DNA of 62,924 nt, filler included, from Octopus bimaculoides (taxonomy: Eukaryota), in the NCBI RefSeq assembly GCF_001194135.2. It is 9 parts of 9 records of this genome, joined end to end, with 100 filler letters (N's around TTAATTAATTAA, not from the genome) between each part and the next. Parts side by side here need not be neighbours in the genome. Positions count along the whole stretch, not along the records: positions 37,103 to 44,702 come from NC_068983.1; positions 44,803 to 61,761 come from NC_068991.1; 7 more parts are not named here. One strand, given 5' to 3'. The notes under the pieces were generated by a model that worked only from the letters and a program-made list of their open reading frames with translations, searched no databases and was not told the origin of the DNA. The translations under genes and the position numbers were made by a program. The first letter of the stretch is position 1. Every line of letters starts with the position of its first letter. Below are positions 40,333 to 53,583 of the stretch, piece by piece.

Positions 40333-40879
40333 AAGTATGCGTTTTGCCAGTTTGTGGACAGGCTGCGCTTGTAGGCGTAAGTGAATATATTCTCATCAAT
40401 TCGCCTAGTGCTAACACTCCTGGAATTCATAGACAAGCGAAACAACTCGCGCATGTTCCCCTTAGAGCAGCGATAAACATTAATGCTTCGTATTCGAAAC
40501 GAGGCCAGACGCGAGCCAAATCGCTGTTTATGACTACATACAAAAGGGTGTGGGAACCATTTCATACCACGGAAAAATTCAAATATGAATGAGAAGCAAC
40601 CCAAGAGATATAAACAATATCGAACACAAATATAAGAGGTGTGTGTTTTGTCAGTTTCTGGACAAGCTGCGATTATCATCAATTCACCTGATGTTAAAAT
40701 ACCTAACCGGAAATCATATATATGCATAACCCACACCCCACCCGTGCTTTCCCCACTCTCATCTCCCCCACCTCCCAACACCATCACACTACACCACACT
40801 ACACCATACCACACAACACATCACATCACAACACGCACATACATACTCTCTTATACACGCGCACCTTCGTTTTGAGATC

Positions 40880-41130
40880 ACTACTACTTTGTCATCTCCC
40901 CTTCTTCTTAGCTCTCCTGTGTGACCCTTCTGACCGGCATTCGCCATGATAGATCACTAACCACTACACACATTTTTTTCTCTCTCCTTGTTTCTCTCTT
41001 TATTTCTTTCTGTTTTCTTTTCTGTGGAAGAGCGTAGGCTCGAAACGTTAAAGACTTTTTCAATTCCCGTGCGTTATTCTAATAAATGTGTTTGTTTTCT
41101 ACACTACCTGTCTTCGTCTGTTGCTTTTTT
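40880..41130 (+). mobile_element. Penelope-like element terminal (pLTR) fragment
   Basis: ctgtggaagagcgtaggctcgaaacgtt motif typical of PLE termini, followed by an aataaa signal. Confidence 0.5.
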
Positions 41131-41294
41131 GTGAATTATCCCTTTTTTCTATATATATATATATAATACATGCATACATACATACATACATACATATATA
41201 TNNNNNNNNNNNNNNNNNNNNNNNNNNNNNNNNNNNNNNNNNNNNNNNNNNNNNNNNNNNNNNNNNNNNNNNNNNNNNNNNNNNNNNNNNNNNN

Positions 41295-41325
<31 letters not shown>

Positions 41326-41340
41326 TATGTATATATATCA

Positions 41341-42620
41341 CATCATCTGACCATCTTATAAGTAATATGTCCGAATTTTGGGTAATGTGAAACCGGTCTA
41401 ATTTTACACTTTATTAAAATTTGATCCTTTATATATATTCCATCATTATCAATGGTTTCCTTCCATCTAGTTATTAGTTCTTAAATTCCATTGGTAGAAG
41501 ACTCTTTTTGTTTTGATGAGAAGGAAAAGAGATCAGTTTCGACCTCTTTGGGGCTTTTGAGTACTCATCCATTTAAATGATTCTGTAAGCTTCGGTAATC
41601 AGAAGCTAGGTCCAAGGAATAAGGCGGGTAGGGAAGTTTTTCCCAGCCAAATTCTTCGATTTTTTTCTGATGTCATCTTTGCAATGTTGGGCCTTGCATA
41701 ATCATAATGAAATACCACTTCCTAACGATTCGCCAAAGCAAGCCTTTTTTCTTCAAAGCAGTATCCAAACTCTCTAATTCTTGGCAATAGGTATGAGCAG
41801 TAATTGTTGCATTGGTTGGTAGCATGTCAAAATGGGTGACTCTTATGCAATCCCACCAAACAAAAAGGACCTTTTCTGCATGGAGGTCCGTTTTGGGCTG
41901 TGGTTTAACCTATTCTCCACAACTGAGCCATTGTCTGCGTCGCTTATCATTTTCATAAAAAAATCAATTTTTCATCCCTAGTTACTAATCTGTCCAAAAA
42001 TGGTCAGACACTTTGACGAGAGTGACGAGATGAGCAGGTGTTGTCCACTCGTGATTTTCAGTTGACTTCTATCAAAACATGGGGAAGCCATTTTCCGAGT
42101 TCGGTCACCTTTCCAAGACGTTGAAGATGAGAGTGAACAGTTAAACAGCTTGAATTGAGCTTGCTTGCCAATTGTTCAACTGATATAGTATTATCCTTCC
42201 CAAGCTCTAACAAAAGAAGTTCATCATCAAATTCAACAGGGCATCCTATTTGTAGCTTCTCGCTTGGCCTAAAATCATCATTTTTGAACTCTTGAACTTT
42301 GCAAACCATCTCCTACACCTTTCGTTCCCCATAAACAAAATGGATATTTCGGGCAGCTTTTGCTGCGCTGTTTCCCTTTTTGAACTCATAAAGCATTATG
42401 TGCCTTAAATGCTCCTTCGATGCATCCAACTTTCAGGGGTTTAGTATTAATAATTAATTTAGGCAGATTATCCTGTGAAAAAAAATTATATTAAATTAAA
42501 GGTTTCCAAATTCATATGAGTATCAATCAATAACATTTGATATTTTGGAATATTGTAGAATTTGATAAAAATTACAAATATGATATTTCCGACATCATTT
42601 ATTGGATGACCTGATGCATA
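41341..42620 (-). mobile_element. Degenerate mariner element
   Basis: ORF 42058-42309 (…LASKLNSS..TV.SHLQRLGKV..LGKWLPH); weakly matching terminal inverted sequences near 41341 and 42590-42620. Confidence 0.8.
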
Positions 42621-42774
42621 CATACATACATACATACATACATACATACATACATGCATACCTACCTACATACATACATACACACATACATACATACATA
42701 CATACATACATACATACATACATGCATACCTACCTACATACATACATGCATGCAAATATATGTATGTAGGTATG

Positions 42775-42827
<53 letters not shown>

Positions 42828-43654
42828 NNNNNNNNNNNNNNNNNNNNNNNNNNNNNNNNNNNNNNNNNNNNNNNNNNNNNNNNNNNNNNNNNNNNNNNNN
42901 NNNNNNNNNNNNNNNNNNNNNNNNNNNNNNNNNNNNNNNNNNNNNNNNNNNNNNNNNNNNNNNNNNNNNNNNNNNNNNNNNNNNNNNNNNNNNNNNNNNN
43001 NNNNNNNNNNNNNNNNNNNNNNNNNNNNNNNNNNNNNNNNNNNNNNNNNNNNNNNNNNNNNNNNNNNNNNNNNNNNNNNNNNNNNNNNNNNNNNNNNNNN
43101 NNNNNNNNNNNNNNNNNNNNNNNNNNNNNNNNNNNNNNNNNNNNNNNNNNNNNNNNNNNNNNNNNNNNNNNNNNNNNNNNNNNNNNNNNNNNNNNNNNNN
43201 NNNNNNNNNNNNNNNNNNNNNNNNNNNNNNNNNNNNNNNNNNNNNNNNNNNNNNNNNNNNNNNNNNNNNNNNNNNNNNNNNNNNNNNNNNNNNNNNNNNN
43301 NNNNNNNNNNNNNNNNNNNNNNNNNNNNNNNNNNNNNNNNNNNNNNNNNNNNNNNNNNNNNNNNNNNNNNNNNNNNNNNNNNNNNNNNNNNNNNNNNNNN
43401 NNNNNNNNNNNNNNNNNNNNNNNNNNNNNNNNNNNNNNNNNNNNNNNNNNNNNNNNNNNNNNNNNNNNNNNNNNNNNNNNNNNNNNNNNNNNNNNNNNNN
43501 NNNNNNNNNNNNNNNNNNNNNNNNNNNNNNNNNNNNNNNNNNNNNNNNNNNNNNNNNNNNNNNNNNNNNNNNNNNNNNNNNNNNNNNNNNNNNNNNNNNN
43601 NNNNNNNNNNNNNNNNNNNNNNNNNNNNNNNNNNNNNNNNNNNNNNNNNNNNNN

Positions 43655-43685
<31 letters not shown>

Positions 43686-44439
43686 AGGAGGAAGAGCAAC
43701 ATAGAGCGAGGTAGAATTTTCCGTTCCCTGTTTAGTATATGATACATGAATACATATCACGCGCTTACTAGAATATTGTTATCTCATACCTGAGAATTAT
43801 CCTGAAGAAAATTTATTGGATAACTGAGGGAGTTCCGAGAAGGATTTAAACAGCAACTGGGACCTCGCACGTTTAGGCAATTATTCTTTTATGCCTCATA
43901 TGGCATTAAAATCGATGAATAATCCAAGAAATAAATCCCAACAAACATGAATTTAATCGCAATTTTGTAGCAGGTTATACGGAATAAATTGAGTGTGTGT
44001 GAAAGTGCGTGGCGTAATGGTTAGGTTTTGCAGTTGCGTTCGATAGATCGTAAGTTAGATTCCCTGACCGGGCGGTGCGTTGTTCAGCGCGTGTGGGAGA
44101 GTGACAGAACCAGTTGTGAGTCGGCAGAGACGCTTTCCAGTATAACTTCAGGTCGTCTACATTCTGAGTTCAAATCCCACCTGCCTGGAGAAGGCAACGG
44201 AAAGCCACTCTAGTCTTCACCCTAGGTCAAGTTATGGTAACCGAGGTTCCAGTATCTACTTAAAGGTGGCTGACGAAGGTACTGGCCCTCCCAGTCTGTA
44301 TGGAGTGTACTTGGGGAGGTTCACATCCACAGGAGCTTCCCATGGGCAGATCTCCGATAGACTACACATGTGTGTGTTTGTGTGTGTGTGTGTGTGTGCG
44401 TGCGCGCGTATACATTCCTTTTTTATTTGTTTATTCTTT

Positions 44440-44637
44440 TACTTGTTTCAGTCATTTGACTGCGAGCATGCTGGAGCACCGTCTTTAGTCGAACAAATCG
44501 ACCCGAGAAATTATTCTTTGTAAGCCGAGTACTTATTTTATCGGTCTTTTGGCTGAACCGCAAAGTTACGGGGACATAAGCACACCAACATCGGTTGTCA
44601 AGCGACGGTGGGGAGACAAACAGACATGCAAACATAT

Positions 44638-44640
<3 letters not shown>
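44440..44640 (-). mobile_element. SINE family A, 3' half
   Basis: Reverse complement of gtttgt.tccc...cttgacaaccgatg.tggtg...cagcatg...agtcaaatgactgaaacaagtaaaag. Confidence 0.85.
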
Positions 44641-44702
<62 letters not shown>

Positions 44703-44802
44703 NNNNNNNNNNNNNNNNNNNNNNNNNNNNNNNNNNNNNNNNNNNNTTAATTAATTAANNNNNNNNNNNNNNNNNNNNNNNNNNNNNNNNNNNNNNNNNN
44801 NN

Positions 44803-44837
<35 letters not shown>

Positions 44838-45564
44838 ACACATATATGTTTATGTGTGTTTGTATAAATATAAATATATACTGATAAGCACACTTATATA
44901 CACTTGTATACACAGGTATATTCTTATAGTGGCACGGGAATACACAGACATACACACAAATGTATATTTTTATGTATATCTATCTATCTATCTATCTATT
45001 AATATAAGAAGCAGCCTTACGTTGCGATATTTCTATGTTCCGTTCTGACTTTGAAAACCGTTACGTGAAACTTATCTTCCAGTGACTTCTTTATTACAAA
45101 GAATTCAATGTATATAGAAGTTAGTAGGAAATATGATTCGAGGTACGGAATTTCTCACTACGGCGAAATATTCATGATAATATTGCCTTTTTTCGTATGA
45201 TAATATTACGTCTATAAAACACTAAAGGCATTGAAGCACGCAATCTCGGGTGCAACCAGAAGAAACAAAAGTCTTAACGGATCGTCTCGTGAAACATTCA
45301 CTTCTTTCTTCGTTCTGGAGAAAAGCTTCTTTATATTCCAATAATTAACCATTCAATATATTGATTATTCAATTTAATACAACACGGTAATTAGCATCTA
45401 AAAAATCACCTCCAGAGTTGCGATATTAAATATCTGAATAATTGATTTAATAAGTGTAATCTTATTGAAGTGTGTATACATATAAACGTAAGTATGGATA
45501 TATAAATGAATTAATGGATGAAATAGAACAGATTTATGTATGTTAACATAGGTGTTGGGGCGAA

Positions 45565-45600
<36 letters not shown>

Positions 45601-46876
45601 AGAGAGAGAGAGAGTGTGCGCACATGTATGTGTATATATGCGCGTGTGTGTGCATGCGTGAGTCTGTGCGTGTGTATGTATATATATAAACACACACACA
45701 CATTTATATATATATATATACATATATATATATAAACATATATATATATATACATATATATATACACATATATATAGATATAAACATATATATATGTATA
45801 TNNNNNNNNNNNNNNNNNNNNNNNNNNNNNNNNNNNNNNNNNNNNNNNNNNNNNNNNNNNNNNNNNNNNNNNNNNNNNNNNNNNNNNNNNNNNNNNNNNN
45901 NNNNNNNNNNNNNNNNNNNNNNNNNNNNNNNNNNNNNNNNNNNNNNNNNNNNNNNNNNNNNNNNNNNNNNNNNNNNNNNNNNNNNNNNNNNNNNNNNNNN
46001 NNNNNNNNNNNNNNNNNNNNNNNNNNNNNNNNNNNNNNNNNNNNNNNNNNNNNNNNNNNNNNNNNNNNNNNNNNNNNNNNNNNNNNNNNNNNNNNNNNNN
46101 NNNNNNNNNNNNNNNNNNNNNNNNNNNNNNNNNNNNNNNNNNNNNNNNNNNNNNNNNNNNNNNNNNNNNNNNNNNNNNNNNNNNNNNNNNNNNNNNNNNN
46201 NNNNNNNNNNNNNNNNNNNNNNNNNNNNNNNNNNNNNNNNNNNNNNNNNNNNNNNNNNNNNNNNNNNNNNNNNNNNNNNNNNNNNNNNNNNNNNNNNNNN
46301 NNNNNNNNNNNNNNNNNNNNNNNNNNNNNNNNNNNNNNNNNNNNNNNNNNNNNNNNNNNNNNNNNNNNNNNNNNNNNNNNNNNNNNNNNNNNNNNNNNNN
46401 NNNNNNNNNNNNNNNNNNNNNNNNNNNNNNNNNNNNNNNNNNNNNNNNNNNNNNNNNNNNNNNNNNNNNNNNNNNNNNNNNNNNNNNNNNNNNNNNNNNN
46501 NNNNNNNNNNNNNNNNNNNNNNNNNNNNNNNNNNNNNNNNNNNNNNNNNNNNNNNNNNNNNNNNNNNNNNNNNNNNNNNNNNNNNNNNNNNNNNNNNNNN
46601 NNNNNNNNNNNNNNNNNNNNNNNNNNNNNNNNNNNNNNNNNNNNNNNNNNNNNNNNNNNNNNNNNNNNNNNCATACACACGAACAAACACACACACATTT
46701 GCTCGTAGTAGCAAAATGATTCACAATCTAAATAACGTAAACTATACGTCAAAAAGGCTAAGTTAATATGAATCTTAGATATTTATTAATTAGATTATAT
46801 TTTCATAAATCTGTTTTGGTCATTTTGATGTATTCGAAACTAGTTAGAATATGACATACGTACATACATACATACA

Positions 46877-47261
46877 TTGTTGTTGGCACTCCGTCGCTTA
46901 CGACGTCGAGAGTTCCGGTTGATCCGAACAACGGAACAGCCTGCTCGTGAAATTAACGCGCAAGTGGCTGAGCACTCCACAGACACGTGTACCCTTAACG
47001 TAATTCTCGGGAGATTCAGCGTGACACAGTGTGACAAGGCTGACCCTTTGAAATACAGGCACAACAGAAACAGGAAGTAAGACTGAGAGAAAGTTGTGGT
47101 GAAAGAGTACAGCAGGGTTCGCCACCATCCCCTGCCGGAGCCTCGTGGAACTTTAGGTGTTCTCGCTCAATAAACACTCACAACGCCCGGTCTGGGAATC
47201 GGGACCGTGATCCTATGACAGCGAGTCCGCTGCCCTAACCACTGGGCCATTGCGCCTCCAC
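46877..47261 (-). mobile_element. SINE family C, full length with tRNA-like head
   Basis: Minus strand begins tggaggcgcaatggcccagtggttagggcagcggactcg...cgattccc (A/B boxes) and ends gtgccaacaacaat next to (TACA)n. Confidence 0.85.
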
Positions 47262-47578
47262 TATACATACATACATACATACATACATACATACGTACGT
47301 ACGTACATATTCACACATTCATGTGTATGTGTGTGTATTTGTTCCAATGCACATCGGCGTGATTTTAGAAGGAAGGAAAGAGAAAAGGAAGTGCAAGTGG
47401 AATTGAATGTTTCAGATCTAAGTGACAATGATAAAACTTATCTAGTAGGAGTGGCTTAATTAAGTATTATGGCTTTTAAGTTCCTATTTTGGAAACAGCC
47501 CTACTATTTAAGATATCAATGCAACATTTAATGGGGCAATTTTGCGAGGTGGTTTGTGTGTATGGCGAAATCTTAGCG

Positions 47579-48273
47579 GATGTTGAAGTGATCACGGAGC
47601 AATGTTTTGCTCAAGAGTACACGGCATTGCCCGGTCCGGGAATTGAACCTACGATCTCGCGATCGTGAGTGCAACAACCAAACCATCTGGTCATGTGCCC
47701 TTACAAGGTTAAGTCTGCTACCTTAGTGGATTTCAAATATTTCTTTCTATGTAGGTGGAGGGTATGAAATTTTAGAAGAGAGGCTTGTCGATTTTATCGA
47801 CCCCAGTGCTCAACTGGTACTCACTTTATTGATCCAGAAAGGATAGAAATTGAAGTTGACTTCGGCGAAATTTGAACTGAAGACGCGAAGCCAGAAGAAA
47901 TGTTACTAAGCATTTTGTCCGGCGTGCTAACGATTCTGCCAGCTCACCGATTTACCTGAATTCAAATATTAATTTAGTCAGCAGCATTTCTCTCCCCCTT
48001 TCTTGGGCCAGATAACATAAATTTCAAGTTTATTGTGATGGATTAAGTGAATCTGAATTGTTTGAGCGTTGGCTTAATGACTTTCAGTTCTTTTCTTTTT
48101 TCGGCCGTTTACGTTCTGTAGTTTACTAGGGTAGTAGACCTAACCTTCTAAAGGCACATGACCGGATGGTTTGGTTGTTGCACTCACGATCGCGAGATCA
48201 TAGGTTCAATTCCCGGACCGGGCAGTGCCGTGTACTCTTGAGCAAAACATCGTTCTGTGATCACTTCGACATC
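47579..48273. repeat. Inverted pair of SINE D-like heads (121-bp arms) around a family B copy (47765-47948, minus)
   Basis: 47579-47699 reverse-complements 48153-48273 with 7 mismatches. Confidence 0.9.
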
Positions 48274-48699
48274 GGACGCGTGGCCCACCGTACACCTGTT
48301 CAGGTAATATCAATTTCGTGAATGGACTGAGCAAATATGCACCACGTACAGAGCTAATGTGATCACTATAAACAAAGCATCTGTGAAAGTAGTTCAGCAA
48401 GAAGTTTCAGAACCGCCTTTCTCGGACACGAGAGACTACCATACATGCAGACTCGATCCTGGTGCTTCGATGCCTTTAACAGACTTCAGCCTTTGACAAG
48501 GATTCGTGCTAAGCCTCTTCTTTTGAGAGTAATTTCCTGTCTTTGTCTTCCTTGTATAGAAGGGCATGAAGAAACAAAAGGCTATCGGCCTTGCCGTTCG
48601 GTAATTATTTGGATCACTTTACTTTCGGTTGTCCTATGAGCGTCACTCCCTCTAATTTTTTTTTTTTACAAAATGATTTTCTCTCGAAAGTCCTTAGTT

Positions 48700-48864
48700 G
48701 GAGTGGCTGTGTGTTAAGTAACTTGCTTACCAACCACATGGTACCGGGTTCATTCCCACTGCGTGGCATCTTGGGCAAGTGTCTTCTACTATAGCCTCGG
48801 GCCGACCAAGGCCTTGTGAGTGGATTTGGTAGACGGAAACTGAAAGAAGCCCGTCGTATATATG

Positions 48865-48903
<39 letters not shown>

Positions 48904-49056
48904 TTACGTCCCCGTAACTTAGCGGTTCGGCAAAAGAGTTCGATGAAATAAGTACTAGGCTTCCAAAGAATAAGTCCTGGGGTCGATTTGCTCAACTAAA
49001 GGCGGTGCTCCAGCATGGCCTCAGTCAAATGACTGAAACAAGTAAAAGAGTAAAAG
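48700..49056 (+). mobile_element. SINE family A, full length
   Basis: Colinear with 62345-62740. Confidence 0.9.
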
Positions 49057-49301
49057 ATTTATTTATCGCAATTGTGGCAGCACATTTCTTTACTGCCCGC
49101 TTCTTCTAAACTGTAACATGAATTCTCTGGCAGCCGATCTTTGCAAGCTCGTGGTCTGGGATCAGATCCAAAATATGGTACCTTAAGCAAATATTTTCAG
49201 TAGCTTCAGGTGTATCCATGTACATTGTGAGTGAAAATGAGTAGATGCAGACATTTCAGAAGCTCGTCAGATGAATTGAAAGTGTAATTCAGAATTAGAG
49301 C

Positions 49302-49354
<53 letters not shown>

Positions 49355-49392
49355 AGTCTGTCTGTCTGTCTGTCTGTCTTTCTCTCTCTCTG

Positions 49393-49447
<55 letters not shown>

Positions 49448-50089
49448 AAATCTGTCTGTCTGTCTACCTTTTTTATTCTAGGTTTATCGCTAAAACTAAA
49501 ATAAAATGATAAATTTTAATCTTAGTCATGTATTTAATGAAGCATGTATATGAAAAAAAAAGTGGTCACCATATTTATATATACCCGCTCGCACACACCC
49601 GTGCGCGTGCAATTGCGTATGCATAGGTATATATATGTGTGTGTGTGTGGGTGCGTGTGGGTNNNNNNNNNNNNGGGTGTGTGTGTGTGTGTGTGTGTGT
49701 CAGATCAAGGACTTTAAACATCCGAGCTGACTCCTCAATGAACATTTTTGCGAATACCAATAACTGAGTGCACAGCAGTAGATGCTTTGTCTCAAAGATA
49801 CATACGCACTTCTATATATACATATACAGATGCATACTCACACGCGCGCGCACGCGCACATATATATATAATTTACTTAGTCAGCAGTAAGCGAACGTGT
49901 TCCAACAAAGGGTATTATAACGTCATTAAATATGACTGAGGGTGTTATAAACAGTTACATTGCTAGAAATAAGAGCTAAACGCTCCAATGCTGCAGTCAG
50001 AGCACATAATTGTATACATACATACTAACAGGACCTATCAGCATGTATATATTCAATTATATATACATGTATATATATATATATATATA

Positions 50090-50182
<93 letters not shown>

Positions 50183-50583
50183 ATATAATTGAATATATAC
50201 ATGCTGATAGGTCCTGAATTTTTTGTGTGTATTTTTTATGGGTTAATTCTTGCCTTTTGAGGACGCCTTCAAAGTGCAACTTAAATCGTGACAGCTGAAG
50301 GAAATAAAATTGTTTCACGATATATTAAAACTACAGCAAGGGAAGGGAAATATATCTTCTAATAATCACGAATTGATTAAACTTCGAAAAATATTTAAAA
50401 AATGCTTACATATTTTAAGAGCGTATTCATTACATACCTTCAGACGTACTTTCATGTACATACGTATGCCACACGCACCAAACATGCATACATACAAATA
50501 TATATGTGTGCATGTGTGTATATATATTTTTTCATGTAGCATATATTTACATGTGTATGTTCTCATATAAGTAACACACACTG

Positions 50584-50619
<36 letters not shown>

Positions 50620-50694
50620 ACACACACACAAAGGTATATATGTTTATATATCTATATATGTGTATGTGTGTATACAGTGAAGGTGCATGTCTCA

Positions 50695-50925
50695 CTGGTT
50701 TCAGCATTGGTCTTCCTATCTTGAGGTTGAGAGTTCGATTAGCGGACCTGGCCGTGAGTTGTATTCTTGAGCAAGTCATTTTATTTCAAATTGCTCCAGT
50801 TCACTCAGCTGTAGAAACGAGTTGCGACGCCACTGGCGCCAATCTGTATCGGCCTTTGCCTTTCCCTTGGACGACACCGGTTGTTTGGAGATGGAAAGGT
50901 CATTCGCTATCGAAAGGCTCTTATA
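50695..50925 (+). mobile_element. SINE family D
   Basis: Homologous to 13185-13500 (cttgagcaag.cattttatttca.attgctccagttcac...tttcccttgga). Confidence 0.65.
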
Positions 50926-52501
50926 TATATATATATATATATATATATNNNNNNNNNNNNNNNNNNNNNNNNNNNNNNNNNNNNNNNNNNNNNNNNNNNN
51001 NNNNNNNNNNNNNNNNNNNNNNNNNNNNNNNNNNNNNNNNNNNNNNNNNNNNNNNNNNNNNNNNNNNNNNNNNNNNNNNNNNNNNNNNNNNNNNNNNNNN
51101 NNNNNNNNNNNNNNNNNNNNNNNNNNNNNNNNNNNNNNNNNNNNNNNNNNNNNNNNNNNNNNNNNNNNNNNNNNNNNNNNNNNNNNNNNNNNNNNNNNNN
51201 NNNNNNNNNNNNNNNNNNNNNNNNNNNNNNNNNNNNNNNNNNNNNNNNNNNNNNNNNNNNNNNNNNNNNNNNNNNNNNNNNNNNNNNNNNNNNNNNNNNN
51301 NNNNNNNNNNNNNNNNNNNNNNNNNNNNNNNNNNNNNNNNNNNNNNNNNNNNNNNNNNNNNNNNNNNNNNNNNNNNNNNNNNNNNNNNNNNNNNNNNNNN
51401 NNNNNNNNNNNNNNNNNNNNNNNNNNNNNNNNNNNNNNNNNNNNNNNNNNNNNNNNNNNNNNNNNNNNNNNNNNNNNNNNNNNNNNNNNNNNNNNNNNNN
51501 NNNNNNNNNNNNNNNNNNNNNNNNNNNNNNNNNNNNNNNNNNNNNNNNNNNNNNNNNNNNNNNNNNNNNNNNNNNNNNNNNNNNNNNNNNNNNNNNNNNN
51601 NNNNNNNNNNNNNNNNNNNNNNNNNNNNNNNNNNNNNNNNNNTATATAATGTCATAACATTAGCACGCTATCTTGTAAAATAACTTGAAATTGATAAATT
51701 TACTTGGGGGAGCTGCTTAACCTGAATATATGCTATTCCTTCTTTTGAACCAAACGTAACGTTTAACATTAGATTTAAGAATGTCTATTTAGAAAATAAA
51801 ATTCCCTCAATTATACCTCAAAGCGAAGCTAATTAACCGACAGAATGCAGCAATAAAAATATAGGGGAAAAAATTAAACCGAATACTATTGACAGATCAA
51901 AAAAGCAAAGATATTCTAGATTCAATGGTAAATTGAGAACTAAAACATCAAATAATTGAAAGGTTCTTTAACATAAAAAAAACCTATGTTGAAAGAAAGG
52001 CATTACAAGTTAGAAATATGAAGTCAGAACAGAAAAAAAGAATTGTACGGAAATTTTACGTTGCTTGGAAAATGTTACTAAATAAAAATAATGATAAAGT
52101 AAAACGAAAAATTGCCTCTGGAACCATGTAGTTCTTTCTTGGGAGATTCGTGGATCTCCATCATTTGTCGATGAGGATTCATTTGTTCAACTTAGCCAAT
52201 TATTTTTTCCTGAATTAGCATGTAAATAGCTGAGCATTCTACATAACCGTGTACCCTTAATGTAATTTTCTCGGGTAGAATCAGCATAGCAGAAGTTTTA
52301 GAAGGGCATAGCTTTTGAATTACGAGCAAAATTCACTCGACGCGATTCAATTCAGTTTCCATCTACGCAGTTTCGTTCACAATAAATGGTTCAGCTCGCG
52401 ATTCTGGAAAATTTTGCTTGCTCAGGCTATTAGGCAGAAGGATCCAATTTCGAGGTTGCGAATCGAATTTCTTAACTATTCGTCCATACTGCGCCTCCAT
52501 A

Positions 52502-53583
52502 TACATAGGGGATGCGAAGGGTATTGGAGATCACTTAATCAGTATATTACTCTATTCAAACCATTTAAAAGGGATTTTTTTTCTACATGACAAGTAAGAT
52601 ACCAACAGAAGATATGTAAATACATGCAATCATACTTGTCATAGCCAACTTTCTATTGGCATTATCGATGATGATCCCTGAAAATCAATGAGAGCCATCC
52701 GCAAAGAACTTCATGTGCCGGGGTGCACTATCAGAATTGTAGTACACGAGGACATTCGATATGTACTGAGGTAATGCCATTTCATCAGCAATGACACAAG
52801 AAAACCGTTTGATCCTTTCCAAGCGGTTACTTAAGAGTGTTAAAATCCTCACGAACACGGCATACTTTGGTTTCTCTTTGGTAAGAAAAACTTCGACGAA
52901 GATAAAAAGACTAATAGGAGACTAGATAGATAGATAGTATGCATCACTCGGAGAATATTACAAGGATCCTTCTAATATCACCATAGTGATGCATCCTAAG
53001 TTTTCCCTAAGTGTAATGGTTTTAGGAGTGGTGAGCAACAAACATGTGATGTCACCACCTATCATTCTGCAGAGTCTTAGAAATAATATTTCTGGATACA
53101 TTGGGGTGCTGAAGGCAGTTTTTAAACCCTGGATGAATGAGTTGTGGACGGACGTACGCGTTTCGACTAGGCGCAGTGTTGCGATAAGACGCAAAACCTC
53201 TAAAAACTTCGTAACCCAATAATGGATGTCAAAAAATCTTTACGAACATGTAACACCAAATTTGTGACCTCCAAACTTGCCGCATTTCAATTCCATAGAC
53301 AATTCTGTTTAGTGTGGGAGGCAAAGCGATATTATCACACTACCTTGGTTTAACCGAATGCGGCCAGTGCCCTGGTAGTCTCTAAAATAAGGACTATATT
53401 GGGCAGGCATGTCACAGTTTCCGGAGCCGCATTAAAGCGATCATTGAAGCAAAAGGTGGATTCAGTATATAATCTTATATAGAAAACATATACACAAAGT
53501 TTTATTTATATACACTTTGTTGTTGTTAGATTCGAATTGTTTAATTATTATTATTCTCTCAAATATCTCTCGCACCCAGTGTA
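52502..53583 (+). mobile_element. Degenerate maT/DD37D-like Tc1/mariner element
   Basis: HPKFSLSVMVLGVVS, PPNLPHFNS.D and C.SFRSRIKAIIEAKGG motifs; imperfect TIRs taca..ggg.tgcga at both ends. Confidence 0.75.

Noticed and set aside
37952-46752. Long ORFs of 250-500 aa in the track (e.g. 37952-39250, 39324-40814, 42654-43742, 45511-46752; also 50640-51683 and 56029-56877)
   Set aside because: They stay open only because N gaps and (TA)/(CA)/(TACA) repeats lack stop codons; no protein motifs.
47190-47261. tRNA gene candidates (also the heads at 13185, 44005, 48153 and 62345)
   Set aside because: A/B boxes are present, but the sequences continue into SINE bodies and I could not fold a complete cloverleaf.
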